Positions 19,890-30,537 of a stretch of 64,000 nt of DNA are shown here, in pieces. The DNA lies in the NCBI GenBank assembly GCA_002362385.1, contig DEUB01000042.1:14033-78032 (forward strand), written 5' to 3'. The translations under genes and the position numbers were made by a program. Each line of letters begins with the position of its first letter. The first letter of the stretch is position 1. The notes under the pieces were generated by a model that was not told where the DNA came from, searched no databases, and saw only the letters and a program-made list of their open reading frames with translations. Source of the DNA: Lachnospiraceae bacterium UBA3273 (GTDB taxonomy: Bacteria; Bacillota; Clostridia; Lachnospirales; Lachnospiraceae).

Positions 19890-21242
19890 ATGCCAAATAC
19901 AACTACCCGAAAATCAGACCAAAACATCCGGAAACAGGGGGCCGATGCTGCCATTGAAGCTTTATCCGAACTGATTGGCGAGGCTCATTCGCCCTATCAC
20001 TGCTGCCTGTATTGCCGTGACCGCTTAAAGGACTCCGGCTTTCAGGAATTAAAGCTGACCGAACCCTTTGCCGTAAAACCGGGGGGCAGGTATTATATCA
20101 ACGTTTATGACAGCACCTGCATCGCATTTACCGTGGGAAAGGATGTCCTGCCCAAAAAGTCCGTTTCACGGCTTCGTATGCTGACCGCCCACACAGACTG
20201 GCCCACTTTTCTCATAAAGCCCGATCCTGAAATCTCCTCCGACAGATACGGCAAACTGAATACCGAGCCTTACGGCGGAGCTGTTTATGCCAGCTGGCTT
20301 GACCGTCCTTTGGGGATTGCAGGAAAGGTATGTCTAAAAGGAAAAGATCCCTTCCACCCCATCACAAAACTTGTTGATTCCAAAGGACCTGTGGCTGTCA
20401 TTCCCGGCCTTGCCATTCATATGAACCAGAAGGTCAATGACGAATTGAAACTGAATCCCCAGCTTCATATGCTGCCCCTTCTTTTCCTCAATAAAGACGG
20501 GGAGAGCCACAAGGACTTCTTTCTTTCCTATCTGGGACAGTTAGCAGAGGCTTCCCCGGATAAGATACTGGACTATGAAATCTGCCTGTATAATGCCGAT
20601 GATGGGGCTTATGCTGGTATCCATAAAGAACTGTTTTCTTCTCCACGCATTGACAACTGTTCCGGCGTTCATGCTGCTCTGGAGGCCATTTTAAAAGCAG
20701 ACACTAAGGGAAATCAAATCTGCGTATCCGCTTTCTATCATAACGAGGAAATCGGCAGTTCCACCAAGCAGGGAGCCGACTCAGGACTGACCATGGGTAT
20801 TCTGGAACGGCTCTTTGAAAATCTTGGCTTTGAAAAGGAAGGAATTTGCTGTACCATAAACGGCGGACTTTGCCTTTCTTTGGACGTTGCCCATGCAATG
20901 CATCCCGGCTATCCTGACAAAAATGATTTAACAAACCACCTATGCTTAGGAGACGGCGTTGCCCTGAAGCTTTCCGCAAGGCAGGCATATGCAACGGATT
21001 CTTACTATGTGAGCATCATACAATCCCTTTGCGATGAGCATAATATTCCCTACGCCAAATATGTGAACCGTTCGGATATCCGCGGCGGCTCCACCTTGGG
21101 AAGCATCAGCTCCGCAAAATTAAGCATCCCCTGCGTGGATGCAGGCGTCCCCCTCTTATCCATGCACTCTGCAAGAGAACTGATGGCTTGCAGGGACCAG
21201 GAGGCACTTTGCAGACTGGCAGAAGCCTTATTTGCGGAATAA
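19890..21242 (+). CDS. M18 family aminopeptidase
   Basis: AHTD.P, YGG....W.DR.L, RIDN, NEEIGS, D.AH..HP, MHS.RE. Confidence 0.92.
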   Translation: MPNTTTRKSDQNIRKQGADAAIEALSELIGEAHSPYHCCLYCRDRLKDSGFQELKLTEPFAVKPGGRYYINVYDSTCIAFTVGKDVLPKKSVSRLRMLTAHTDWPTFLIKPDPEISSDRYGKLNTEPYGGAVYASWLDRPLGIAGKVCLKGKDPFHPITKLVDSKGPVAVIPGLAIHMNQKVNDELKLNPQLHMLPLLFLNKDGESHKDFFLSYLGQLAEASPDKILDYEICLYNADDGAYAGIHKELFSSPRIDNCSGVHAALEAILKADTKGNQICVSAFYHNEEIGSSTKQGADSGLTMGILERLFENLGFEKEGICCTINGGLCLSLDVAHAMHPGYPDKNDLTNHLCLGDGVALKLSARQAYATDSYYVSIIQSLCDEHNIPYAKYVNRSDIRGGSTLGSISSAKLSIPCVDAGVPLLSMHSARELMACRDQEALCRLAEALFAE

Positions 21243-21246
21243 GAGG

Positions 21247-21285
21247 AAAAAGGAACTGTTACCCACCGACAACAGTTCCTTTTTT
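21247..21285. terminator. bidirectional intrinsic terminator
   Basis: AAAAAGGAACTGTT/AACAGTTCCTTTTT between convergent genes. Confidence 0.8.
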
Positions 21286-21312
21286 ACTTTCAATCCATTC
21301 TCTTATTTCTCA

Positions 21313-22461
21313 TCAAATCAACGACTCGTACAGCTTTGTAATATCCTCCACGCTGGTCTCCTTAGGATTGCCCGGTCTGCAGGCGTCGTCATATGCGGAC
21401 TGCGCTAAGAAAGGAATATCCTCTTTCTTTACGATCTCCTTTAGATCAGCGGGAATTCCCACATCTACGGAAAGCTGTTTAACAGCATCTATTGCCGCCT
21501 TACGGTATTCTTCCTGGCTCATGGAATCTACATTCTTAACGCCCATGGCCCTGGCAATTTCACGGTATTTCTCTCCGGTAGCTTCTGCATTATATTCCAT
21601 AACCGTAGGCAGGATAATGGCATTTGCCACACCGTGGGGCGTATCGTATAAAGCTCCCAAAGGATGCGCCATGGAGTGAACGATACCAAGACCTACATTG
21701 GAAAAGCCCATGCCTGCAACATACTGTCCCAAAGCCATGCCTTCCCTTCCTTCCGGCGTATTATCGACTGCGCCTCTTAAGGAACGGGCAATGATCTCAA
21801 TTGCTTTTAAGTGGAACATATCGGATAATTCCCATGCGCCTGCGGTAATATAGCCTTCAATGGCATGGGTCAGCGCGTCCATACCGGTAGCTGCTGTTAA
21901 CCCTTTAGGCATGGAAGACATCATTTCCGAATCCACAAATGCCACTACAGGAATATCCTTAGGGTCTACGCATACCATTTTGCGGTTCTTTTCTACATCG
22001 GTAATAACATAGTTGATGGTAACCTCCGCCGCGGTCCCTGCCGTTGTAGGAACTGCAAAAATGGGAACACACTTGTTGGTGGTAGGCGCCACTCCCTCTA
22101 AGCTTCTCACATCCGCAAAGTCGGGATTATTGATAATGATGCCCACTGCTTTTGCGGTATCCATGGATGATCCTCCGCCAATGGCAATGATGTAATCCGC
22201 GCCGGATTTTTTATATGCCTCCACACCGGACTGCACGTTCTCAATGGTGGGATTGGGCTTAATATTGGAATAGAGCTCATAAGAAAGCCCTGCATCATCC
22301 AACACCTTCAATACCTTTGCCGTTACCCCGAATTTAACCAGGTCAGGGTCGGAACATACAAATGCTTTTGTAAAATTCCTTCCTTTGGCCTCGCCGGCTA
22401 TTTCATTGATCGCCCCCGCTCCGTGATAGGATGTCTCGTTCAGTACAAATCTGTTTGCCAT
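21313..22461 (-). CDS. fucO: lactaldehyde reductase (iron-containing alcohol dehydrogenase)
   Basis: MANRFVLNETSYHG.GA, GGGS..D, PTTAGT, DAL.HA.EGY, H..AH. Confidence 0.88.
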   Translation of the reverse strand: MANRFVLNETSYHGAGAINEIAGEAKGRNFTKAFVCSDPDLVKFGVTAKVLKVLDDAGLSYELYSNIKPNPTIENVQSGVEAYKKSGADYIIAIGGGSSMDTAKAVGIIINNPDFADVRSLEGVAPTTNKCVPIFAVPTTAGTAAEVTINYVITDVEKNRKMVCVDPKDIPVVAFVDSEMMSSMPKGLTAATGMDALTHAIEGYITAGAWELSDMFHLKAIEIIARSLRGAVDNTPEGREGMALGQYVAGMGFSNVGLGIVHSMAHPLGALYDTPHGVANAIILPTVMEYNAEATGEKYREIARAMGVKNVDSMSQEEYRKAAIDAVKQLSVDVGIPADLKEIVKKEDIPFLAQSAYDDACRPGNPKETSVEDITKLYESLI

Positions 22462-22644
22462 ACCTTTCCTCCTTTTTCATTACATAGTACACATTGCTGC
22501 TTTGTTAAAAGCCTTTTACGGCTAACTTTATTATAGCCTGTTCTTCCGGTTTTTCCCATAAAAACTTTTCAACATTTTTCAGCTTTTACCTTTGTTATTC
22601 ACTTTATACTGACCGGCCTGCATCAGCCATTTTTATCCCAGATG

Positions 22645-23613
22645 CTACCCCAGATATTCTACCGCCATCAACGCAGCAACCGCCCCGTCGGCTGCCGCCG
22701 TGGTCAGCTGTCTGACCGTTTTCGTCCGACAGTCTCCTGCCACAAATACTCCCGGAACCGTAGTCCTGCAGTCTTCTCCCGCCTGGATATATCCCTTTTC
22801 ATCCATAGCCACCATTTCCTTTGCGACAGCGGTTTCCGGTTCCTGTCCTATGGCGATAAAAAGACCGTCTACCTTTAATGTTTTTTCTTCTCCGTCCTTA
22901 TTTTTTATGCTGATGCTCTCAAGCTTTCCTTCTCCCATAAGTCCCGTTACAACCGAATTTAAAACAAAGCGGACATTCTCCCTTTTTTCAAGGGCATCCA
23001 CAAGCTTCTGCTCTCCCCTGAAAGCATCCCTTCTGTGGATCAGATAGACCTCTTTGCAATAGTTGGACAAAAAGAGGGCGTCCTCCAAAGCCGTGCTTCC
23101 CCCTCCGTTGACCGCCACGACCTTATCCCTGTAAAACATACCGTCGCAGGTTGCGCAATAGGAAATCCCCGCTCCCGTCAGCTCCTGTTCTCCCGCAAGC
23201 CCCAAAAGACGATTTTTCGCTCCCGTGGCAAAGATCAACGCTCCGCATTCATAAGAGTTCTTTGATGTATTTACCACAAAAACAGGAGCATCGTTTCCGC
23301 TGCCTTCCTCATTTCCGTCGGACTGAGCCGCCTCCATATCGGAAATCTCCCTGTTACCGGATTTTTCCACGGAAACCACCTTTTCCATTTTGATCTGTGC
23401 GCCTAAATCCTTTGCCTGTTCATAAAGTCCCTTTGCAAATTCGAAGCCGGACATCTTTTTAATGCCGGGGTAATTTTCTACCTCGGGCGTATTGATGATC
23501 TGCCCTCCGTAGGTCTTCCCTTCCAATACCAGGACGCTTTTTCCCGCCCTGATCCCATAAATCGCCGCAGACAGCCCTGCCGGTCCTGCGCCGATGATGA
23601 TCATATCGTACAT
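22645..23613 (-). CDS. trxB: thioredoxin-disulfide reductase
   Basis: GAGPAG, CATCDG redox motif, GGGSTA, FVAGD; AGGAGG RBS. Confidence 0.9.
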   Translation of the reverse strand: MYDMIIIGAGPAGLSAAIYGIRAGKSVLVLEGKTYGGQIINTPEVENYPGIKKMSGFEFAKGLYEQAKDLGAQIKMEKVVSVEKSGNREISDMEAAQSDGNEEGSGNDAPVFVVNTSKNSYECGALIFATGAKNRLLGLAGEQELTGAGISYCATCDGMFYRDKVVAVNGGGSTALEDALFLSNYCKEVYLIHRRDAFRGEQKLVDALEKRENVRFVLNSVVTGLMGEGKLESISIKNKDGEEKTLKVDGLFIAIGQEPETAVAKEMVAMDEKGYIQAGEDCRTTVPGVFVAGDCRTKTVRQLTTAAADGAVAALMAVEYLG

Positions 23614-23732
23614 AGACACCTCCTGATTAACATCTCCGCCGCAATTACCGGCGGATTTACTATAACATATGAAAATAAAGACTGATATGCTTCACTTTCC
23701 GGAATGATAACGAAACTGCTTTTCCATAGCCG

Positions 23733-23948
23733 CTACCACACCTTCCCTATGTCTTCTTTTTCCACTCCGTATTCCTCACAAAACACAGCCAGATCCTTTT
23801 CACTTCGGATCAGCATCACATCTGTAAATTTGCCCGTTGCTTTATCTAAAAAGCCGGCAACTTTTTCTCCCGTGCAGATGCTTACCCGCATTACCGGCTT
23901 TTGCGTCTCTTTATTATAACCCGGGGTTTTCTTTTTCCTACCAAACAT
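23733..23948 (-). CDS. small conserved hypothetical protein
   Basis: 71 aa, SICTGE.VAGF motif. Confidence 0.75.
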   Translation of the reverse strand: MFGRKKKTPGYNKETQKPVMRVSICTGEKVAGFLDKATGKFTDVMLIRSEKDLAVFCEEYGVEKEDIGKVW

Positions 23949-24123
23949 ATGATTTTACCGCTTTTCAAAAAACAATAAGTTTCTACCCCTTTATTATAAC
24001 AGGGATATGGGCGCACGCAATACCCTTTTCTCCCGGCTAAAGATGATCCTGATACGACAAAAGCCGCCCGGGCCTCCCCAAACGGCTTATCCGATCCTAT
24101 CTGTCATACTTTATAGACAGATA

Positions 24124-24552
24124 CTATAAAAACTGCTTTAAATCACACATAAAATCTTCTTCCGCCTTGATCAGGCTTTTTGCAAGACCGACGCTTTCCT
24201 TAGAGGCCTGCTTGTATTTGTTGATGCTTTCCGCTATGGACTGAATGCCCATGTTGCAGCCGTCCATCATGATCTTTGCCACCTGATTGTTATCATCCTT
24301 TACGAACATCTTGACACCGGTAGTCATTCTTGCCATGGCGGCCGCCATGACCCCGGGTTCCTTCCCTGCCGCGCCGTTTTGTCCGAGCATCCCGTCCGCC
24401 TGCTTTTGCAGTTCCATATGTTTGTATTTATAATGGTCGATGACATGGGACAGCTTCCCGTCCATGCCGTAGCTGCCGATTCTGTTCATGCTGTCAATGG
24501 CCATTTTACATCCCGAATCTACCTCTTTCAAAAGACTGATCGTATCGCTCAT
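24124..24552 (-). CDS. hypothetical ferritin-like helical protein
   Basis: LLKE.DSG.KMA, MMDG.NMG; AGGAAAAGGGAG RBS. Confidence 0.7.
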   Translation of the reverse strand: MSDTISLLKEVDSGCKMAIDSMNRIGSYGMDGKLSHVIDHYKYKHMELQKQADGMLGQNGAAGKEPGVMAAAMARMTTGVKMFVKDDNNQVAKIMMDGCNMGIQSIAESINKYKQASKESVGLAKSLIKAEEDFMCDLKQFL

Positions 24553-24672
24553 TTTTTCTCCCTTTTCCTTTTTATTTTTCCGGCAATCGTGATACTTTCG
24601 AAACTAATATCTCAAGAGCTTTTTTACTCTTCAAGATTAGTATGGAAAAAGGGAGTAAAATTATACCTCCGG

Positions 24673-25902
24673 TCATTCTTTCATTTTCATGCTTTTTCTG
24701 ACAGAAGTCAGGGCGACGCCTGCAAATCCTAGAACCATGGCGCTTCCCAAAAGCCAAAAATATCTTTTTCCCCAAATGCTGTTGCTTTTTACCCCGTCTA
24801 CGTTGGCATACATCTTTCCATCGCAAAAATAGGCCTGCGTGACAAATCCTTTTATATATGGAGGATAGTTGGACTTTACATTGATCAGGTCATATTTTTG
24901 GTCATTATAAATCACCGTTACCTCCGTTTTCGTATGACCTTTATAGGAGCTTTCCCTGCATTCGGCCACGATCGCAGTTACTTCTTCATATGAATATTCC
25001 ACACTTGTTTCCGAATATACCCGGACTGCTATGCAGCCAATCACGGAAAGAAGCGCCAATGCATATAAAATCCTGTTTGCAATTTTAAGCTTCGGATCCC
25101 ATTTTCTCCATTTGTCTCCTTTTGTGGCGTCATGAGGCAGACTCCCCGACTGGCATTTGGGGCAAAAATCCCTGACCAGCATATTCCCGCAGAATGGACA
25201 GTATTTTATGCTGTCTTTGCTTAAAGGATCCTCTAATTTTCTGAATTCACGGATCAAATTCTCGTAATCCTCATAGGATTTTGATAAAACCAGTTCTTTA
25301 TGTTCCTTTCTGCCTTCCCTGTTTTGTAAAATGCAATACAGCCTGCAAATCCTTCCCTTCTCTTCGATCAGCCTGACTAAAACGACCTGTCTTCCATAAG
25401 CCAGCATTCTTTTTTGCTCTAACAGTCCTTCTATCATCTGGTTCTTATCAATCAGCTCTATAAACCTTGACATATTCCGGCTGTTTTTCCAGTTCCCGAC
25501 AGCAAGGTTTAAAGCGTTTCCCGAAATTATCTGTTTTTGCGCCATCCCACATCCCGCGGCATAATTCTGCATAGCCGCCGAACCATAGTCAAACACATAC
25601 AGGCAGCCGCTTCCGTCCCTTGCAAAAGTAAGCTTCATAGACGAAACTCTGGCGGACATACGGGATGCAAAGAAGAAATATAAGGTGGGAACCGCAATGA
25701 TCGCTATGGCGATCCCCCAACGCAGAAATTCAAGAACGGTTTTATTTTCCACATTTTCACGCACGACTATCTCCAGAACAGCCATCGCTATCACTGACAG
25801 TATAATCACGGCGATCCCCAAAAACTGAAAACCGATATCGCTTAATTCAAATAATCTTTTTATAGATCTGCCTTTTCTATACTTCCATATCTTATAATCC
25901 AT
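24673..25902 (-). CDS. hypothetical membrane protein with zinc ribbon
   Basis: TM segments; CPFCG...CPKC motif. Confidence 0.7.
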   Translation of the reverse strand: MDYKIWKYRKGRSIKRLFELSDIGFQFLGIAVIILSVIAMAVLEIVVRENVENKTVLEFLRWGIAIAIIAVPTLYFFFASRMSARVSSMKLTFARDGSGCLYVFDYGSAAMQNYAAGCGMAQKQIISGNALNLAVGNWKNSRNMSRFIELIDKNQMIEGLLEQKRMLAYGRQVVLVRLIEEKGRICRLYCILQNREGRKEHKELVLSKSYEDYENLIREFRKLEDPLSKDSIKYCPFCGNMLVRDFCPKCQSGSLPHDATKGDKWRKWDPKLKIANRILYALALLSVIGCIAVRVYSETSVEYSYEEVTAIVAECRESSYKGHTKTEVTVIYNDQKYDLINVKSNYPPYIKGFVTQAYFCDGKMYANVDGVKSNSIWGKRYFWLLGSAMVLGFAGVALTSVRKSMKMKE

Positions 25903-25973
25903 TTTATCCGCTTTTCCCCTCATTATCCTTTCATCGATATCCCGGTTATTTTTCCCTGTTTTATCTATCCGCC

Positions 25974-28508
25974 TTATCTGTCCTCTATATCTTCCCATTT
26001 TACAGGCTTTGCAAAATAATACCCCTGGGAATGTGCGATCCCGATCTTTTCCATGATCCGCTGAATATTTTCATTTTCCACAAATTCGCCGACCACTTCT
26101 TTTCCCGTGCTTCTGCACCACTCATTGATCATCGTTACGAACTCACGGCAGTTTTCATCCTGGCAGACTACCTTGATGATCTCTCCGTCGATTTTTAAAA
26201 TATCCGCGTTGATCTTGATAATATGTAGAAGATTGGAAAAGCCGCTTCCGAAGTCATCAATAGCGATCTTCGCCCCATGCTCATGGATCCTTTCCGCAAA
26301 CTGCTCGATATACTGGTAATCCTTAACTTCTTCGCTTTCCACCAGTTCAAACACAAAATTCCCCGGATGAGACGCCTGCTTTAAATAATGGAAGATCATC
26401 TCGATCATATCCTCGTCATAAATATCCTGCACGTTTAAATTGATGGTCACTTTAACGTCCTCATGAAGAAACATTCCCATGACTTTTTTTACCATGATCA
26501 CGGAAAGGGCTTCATAAAGGTCGTACTCCTTGGCAATTGACAAAAACTGTCCCGGATAATACAGATTTCCCTGAGCGTCCTTTATGCGGATCAGCGCCTC
26601 GTACATTTCTATCCTTCCCTTTCGGTTGTCATAGATTCCCTGAAAATAAGGAGCGATCCCATCCTGGACCAGAGCCTCCCTGACCACCTGAAGAATGTGC
26701 ATTTCTTCCTTCATATCGGCTACTTCTTCCTGTATCTGGTTATAGATCACAAAAGAAGTTTTGCTCTTTGCGCCGTATTGAAGCGCCGTATCAGCCTTCT
26801 GCAGCGCATCCTCCTCCCTGATGACTACCGCACATTCATAGGAAAGCTTAAAATCCCTGCAGGCGATCCCGTTAAGGAAATCATATGCCGTCCTTATGCA
26901 CTCCACAAAATCCCCGCGATCGGTTAAAGACTCTCCCGCTGCAATCAAAAGTCCGTTTTCCCCGTAGCTGTAAAAATACAGTTTATCCGCATAAAGCCTC
27001 TCTTTTTCCTTTAATGCCTTTTTCAATTTTTCATAAATATCTTTTAATTCCGACCAGAAAGCCTCCTGACCCAGAAACAACCGGAGCATCCTTTCGTTTT
27101 TTAAGGAAAATACCGCAATCTTATCCAGATGATGGCTGTCTTTGTCATAAATGTATTTTGCCTGGTTATCCATACCTAACACATCCTGATAGAACATTGC
27201 CTGCTTCATCTTATCCCGCTGTAAGCTCAGCTGTTCGCTCAACTGCCTGTTTCCCGTCATCAGAAGATAGTTAATGATCTGCATATTTTCATGCTGCAGT
27301 CCGGAAACATCCTTTAAACCCTTTTCCTTTAATAAAAGGCGTGCGTCAGGGTTTTCCGATATTCCCGCAAGGATAAGGCTGGAATTTCCATAAAGGTTTT
27401 TCCCGTTTATGTTGCCGATTTCCCCAGCCATCATGGCCCCGCTTATATTTGTCGTATAAAACTGTCCTATTTCCCATGTGGCGCAGTCATGAAGCATCCA
27501 CATCCTGGAAAGGCAGTCGTAGGCAAACAGGGTCTCCACCGGCTCCTCCCCTAATTTTTCGTATGCGGCGCTTAACTGGTCCACGATTTTCTGGGGAGCA
27601 AAATACCCCAGGCCGAAGCGCATCCCTTCGGAAATCTCGCTGAAAAGATTGATACGATCCCTGTTTTCCGATTTCCATGGGTCCGGCAGCGTAGCGGCAG
27701 GCTCATAAACCAGATTATAGGCGATCTGCGTCTCTTCCTGCACCAGGGGAAAAATACCTGCCAGAGAAGGATCCTTTTGAAGCTCCTCTTCTCCGAGCAT
27801 TTCCTGATACCATCCGGCCCCGTCAACACCTTCTATTTCATCCACAAAATGTTCGTGAACCTTTGTGATCTCATAGCTTCTGCCCACACTTTCCGCACCG
27901 CAGATAACACTTTCATAGATGGACAGCTGCGGCGATACCAGCATGACCGCCGCCATTTTCGTCACGGACGCCTCTGTCTGCCCTATTACATACGCTTTTT
28001 CTCCCGCCTCGCTGTAAGCGCCGTCCGCCACATAGGCAACGCCGCCTATCATATGAAGCCCTTTGTTCATCCGGTCCATGTGCTCCACAAATTTTGCCGT
28101 CTTATAATAAGATAAGGGGAAAAAAGTCAGCATCAGACCTCTGTCTCCTTTTACAAGCCCTTCGGATACTTCCCTGCTTAAAGCTTCCCCCTCTTTTTCT
28201 ACTCCCTTTCCCTGTTCACAGCTAAACATGCCGATCCTGATCTCACATTTCTCGAATAGGGTAAGGGAGATCAGGCATGCGCCTTGTAATATCTTTCCTT
28301 CACAGATCACATGGGATGTGCTGCATCCGATCATCACGGCACTTGGTAAGATCCCCTTTAGCTCCGCCGTCAGTTGTTCCATCATATCGGCAGTATGAAT
28401 ATTGCTGTGGATCCGCAAAAGCACCTGCCTGCTCCGGTCCAGCTCGATCCCGTCTAAAAAATCGTTAAACTTTTCCAATGTTTCAAATAAGTGATTATAA
28501 GTTTTCAT
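25974..28508 (-). CDS. FIST-domain sensor with degenerate GGDEF-like region and EAL phosphodiesterase
   Basis: N-terminal IGCST...I, IGG.A and YSC-like segments; EALIR, FELVESE, IDDFGSG, QGYYF. Confidence 0.85.
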   Translation of the reverse strand: MKTYNHLFETLEKFNDFLDGIELDRSRQVLLRIHSNIHTADMMEQLTAELKGILPSAVMIGCSTSHVICEGKILQGACLISLTLFEKCEIRIGMFSCEQGKGVEKEGEALSREVSEGLVKGDRGLMLTFFPLSYYKTAKFVEHMDRMNKGLHMIGGVAYVADGAYSEAGEKAYVIGQTEASVTKMAAVMLVSPQLSIYESVICGAESVGRSYEITKVHEHFVDEIEGVDGAGWYQEMLGEEELQKDPSLAGIFPLVQEETQIAYNLVYEPAATLPDPWKSENRDRINLFSEISEGMRFGLGYFAPQKIVDQLSAAYEKLGEEPVETLFAYDCLSRMWMLHDCATWEIGQFYTTNISGAMMAGEIGNINGKNLYGNSSLILAGISENPDARLLLKEKGLKDVSGLQHENMQIINYLLMTGNRQLSEQLSLQRDKMKQAMFYQDVLGMDNQAKYIYDKDSHHLDKIAVFSLKNERMLRLFLGQEAFWSELKDIYEKLKKALKEKERLYADKLYFYSYGENGLLIAAGESLTDRGDFVECIRTAYDFLNGIACRDFKLSYECAVVIREEDALQKADTALQYGAKSKTSFVIYNQIQEEVADMKEEMHILQVVREALVQDGIAPYFQGIYDNRKGRIEMYEALIRIKDAQGNLYYPGQFLSIAKEYDLYEALSVIMVKKVMGMFLHEDVKVTINLNVQDIYDEDMIEMIFHYLKQASHPGNFVFELVESEEVKDYQYIEQFAERIHEHGAKIAIDDFGSGFSNLLHIIKINADILKIDGEIIKVVCQDENCREFVTMINEWCRSTGKEVVGEFVENENIQRIMEKIGIAHSQGYYFAKPVKWEDIEDR

Positions 28509-28681
28509 GCTCTTCTCTCCTTATTCAAAATATATAGGGCTTTTCTACCATTTTAACAGTTGAAGGAACAAAATTCAACGGCAGAAAGATATATAAAACA
28601 GACGGAAACAGTATTTTTCCCACTGTATTCCGTCTGTTTTTCATACCCTCTGCCCTTATCCTTTTTATCAATCGCCACGCC

Positions 28682-29227
28682 TTAATAGATAATCCTGATC
28701 TTCTCCTCAAGATCCGGACTATACCTGATCTGCTTGATGTTAAAATAGTTATTGTCATCGTAATAAGAACCTATCTGGCCGTTTTTTATATCCTCCAGAA
28801 AAATATCCTTGTATTTCATTATAAGCTTGACCGGCTTTAAATACAGGGAAATATGAATTCCCACTTCTTTTACATATGTTTCCCCATCCTCGGTCTCACC
28901 GTAGAGATCTCTCTGGTACAGGCGTGGTTTTTCAAAGTCGTCATTGTATTCCACGTCCATTTCCACCCTGCCTGCAGGCAGGGAATTATCGGAAACCATC
29001 TCCGGCCTTCTTTCTCCGTCGCCGTTATAGTAATTGATAAAGCAGGTATCCGCCTTTTCATATTCATACAGCTGGCAGCTCAAGGTCGTTTCCCTGACCG
29101 TCCCCATCTGCCTGTCTCCCGCATAGGAAAGTCCGCTGAATTCAACAAAGCTTACCCCTGCTCCCAATCCGCAGAACAGGATCCCGCCAAAGAAACAACC
29201 GGCCAAGATTATCCATTTTTTAAACAT
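28682..29227 (-). CDS. hypothetical exported/membrane-anchored protein
   Basis: N-terminal TM; operonic with DUF1700 and PadR. Confidence 0.75.
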   Translation of the reverse strand: MFKKWIILAGCFFGGILFCGLGAGVSFVEFSGLSYAGDRQMGTVRETTLSCQLYEYEKADTCFINYYNGDGERRPEMVSDNSLPAGRVEMDVEYNDDFEKPRLYQRDLYGETEDGETYVKEVGIHISLYLKPVKLIMKYKDIFLEDIKNGQIGSYYDDNNYFNIKQIRYSPDLEEKIRIIY

Positions 29228-30101
29228 TTACCTCTCCTCCTTCCGGCTTTTCATCCTTTGTAATTTTCCACCTCGTTAAAATGAAACAGCCTGCTACTAA
29301 CGAACCTGCAGAAACTGAAGCCCCCAAAGCGCACAGGGTAAAACCTGCCGTGGGATATCCCTGGGTCAGCATAACAAGGAATAATCCCACAAAAAATACA
29401 AATACTGCCGTAAAGAAAATCCCGATTATTCCGGCGCCGATACAGAAGGCATTCCACATAATGAGCATACACCACAGGGCAATATAAAAGCATTTGCCCG
29501 CCAGCCATATCATTCCCTTAAAGCATTCCTTTACAAATTCTTTGATGCCACTGAAAAATCCCCTTATCAGTCTGCCGATTCCTCCAAAGAACCCTTTCTG
29601 TTTTCTTTCTGTTGAAACCGTCCCGCTGCCTGCCGGATTACCTGCACCTGTCAAAGCGCCTGTGCTATCTGGACTGCCTGCACTTTCTGAAGCTTCTCCT
29701 GCTGCATTCTCATTTTGATCTCTTTTAAAGGGCTTCTGACAGAGGTTCACTAATGCAGTCAGGAACTTTTTGATTCCCGAAGCAATTTTTTTACAGCCTG
29801 CAGCCATTTTTCCGTATATTTTATCAGCCTGGCCTTTGATTTTCCCAAAAAACTTTTTATAATCAACGCTCTTTGCCTTTTGGTCCTCTAAAGCATTAAT
29901 TTTTACATGATAGGATTCCAATATTTCCTTGCTGAGTTCTTCAACGGGTCCCATCTCTTTTACGGCATCTTCCTCAGACATCCCCTGGCTCATCTTCATA
30001 TCAATATGCTGGGTGTATTCTTCCACGAAATACTGCTGCTCCTGATCATCCAGAATACTGATGCTGCGCTTCAATTGTGTTATAAATTCTTCTTTGTTCA
30101 T
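29220..30101 (-). CDS. DUF1700 family membrane protein
   Basis: MNKEEFI..L...I..L...E.....EEY..H......G.SEE.....G. Confidence 0.85.
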   Translation of the reverse strand: MNKEEFITQLKRSISILDDQEQQYFVEEYTQHIDMKMSQGMSEEDAVKEMGPVEELSKEILESYHVKINALEDQKAKSVDYKKFFGKIKGQADKIYGKMAAGCKKIASGIKKFLTALVNLCQKPFKRDQNENAAGEASESAGSPDSTGALTGAGNPAGSGTVSTERKQKGFFGGIGRLIRGFFSGIKEFVKECFKGMIWLAGKCFYIALWCMLIMWNAFCIGAGIIGIFFTAVFVFFVGLFLVMLTQGYPTAGFTLCALGASVSAGSLVAGCFILTRWKITKDEKPEGGEVNV

Positions 30102-30415
30102 ACTTCTACTCCTCTAAAAAATTCATTTACCTTTGCCTGAAATGCATCCCAGTCCTTATACAGTGCATTGCTGTACAATACTCCTTTTGCGGTCAGATGA
30201 TAATATTTCCTGGGAGGTCCTTCACTGGACTCTACCAGATAGGTTTCAAAATACTGTTCATTGGTCAGTCTGCGAAGAAGGGGATAGATCGTGCCCTCAT
30301 TGACATCAATGACCTTTGAGACCTCCTCCACCAGTTCATAACCGTACATGTCTTTATTTTTGACGGATTCCAGAACGATCAGTTCCAGTACGCCTTTTTT
30401 AAATTGCGCGTTCAA
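30098..30415 (-). CDS. PadR family transcriptional regulator
   Basis: QFKKG.LEL, YGYEL, EGT.YP.L.RL, RKYY.LT. Confidence 0.92.
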   Translation of the reverse strand: MNAQFKKGVLELIVLESVKNKDMYGYELVEEVSKVIDVNEGTIYPLLRRLTNEQYFETYLVESSEGPPRKYYHLTAKGVLYSNALYKDWDAFQAKVNEFFRGVEV

Positions 30416-30438
30416 CGGATTCCCTCCCTTCTGGAATT

Positions 30439-30470
30439 ATATTATACCTACTACTTGGTATTGTCAAGTA
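30439..30470 (-). promoter_or_regulatory. putative PadR autoregulated promoter
   Basis: TTGACA-17-TAATAT on minus strand; TACTTG/CAAGTA inverted repeat 30452-30470 over the -35. Confidence 0.45.
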
Positions 30471-30537
30471 CCTTGCATAAAATAAATGAAGAGCCTACAG
30501 CTTATCCGCCATAGACTCTGACATTATCAACGGATTA

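Noticed and set aside
23733-23948. Dehydrogenase-type label sometimes attached to this small family
   Set aside because: 71 aa with no Rossmann GxGxxG motif; left as hypothetical
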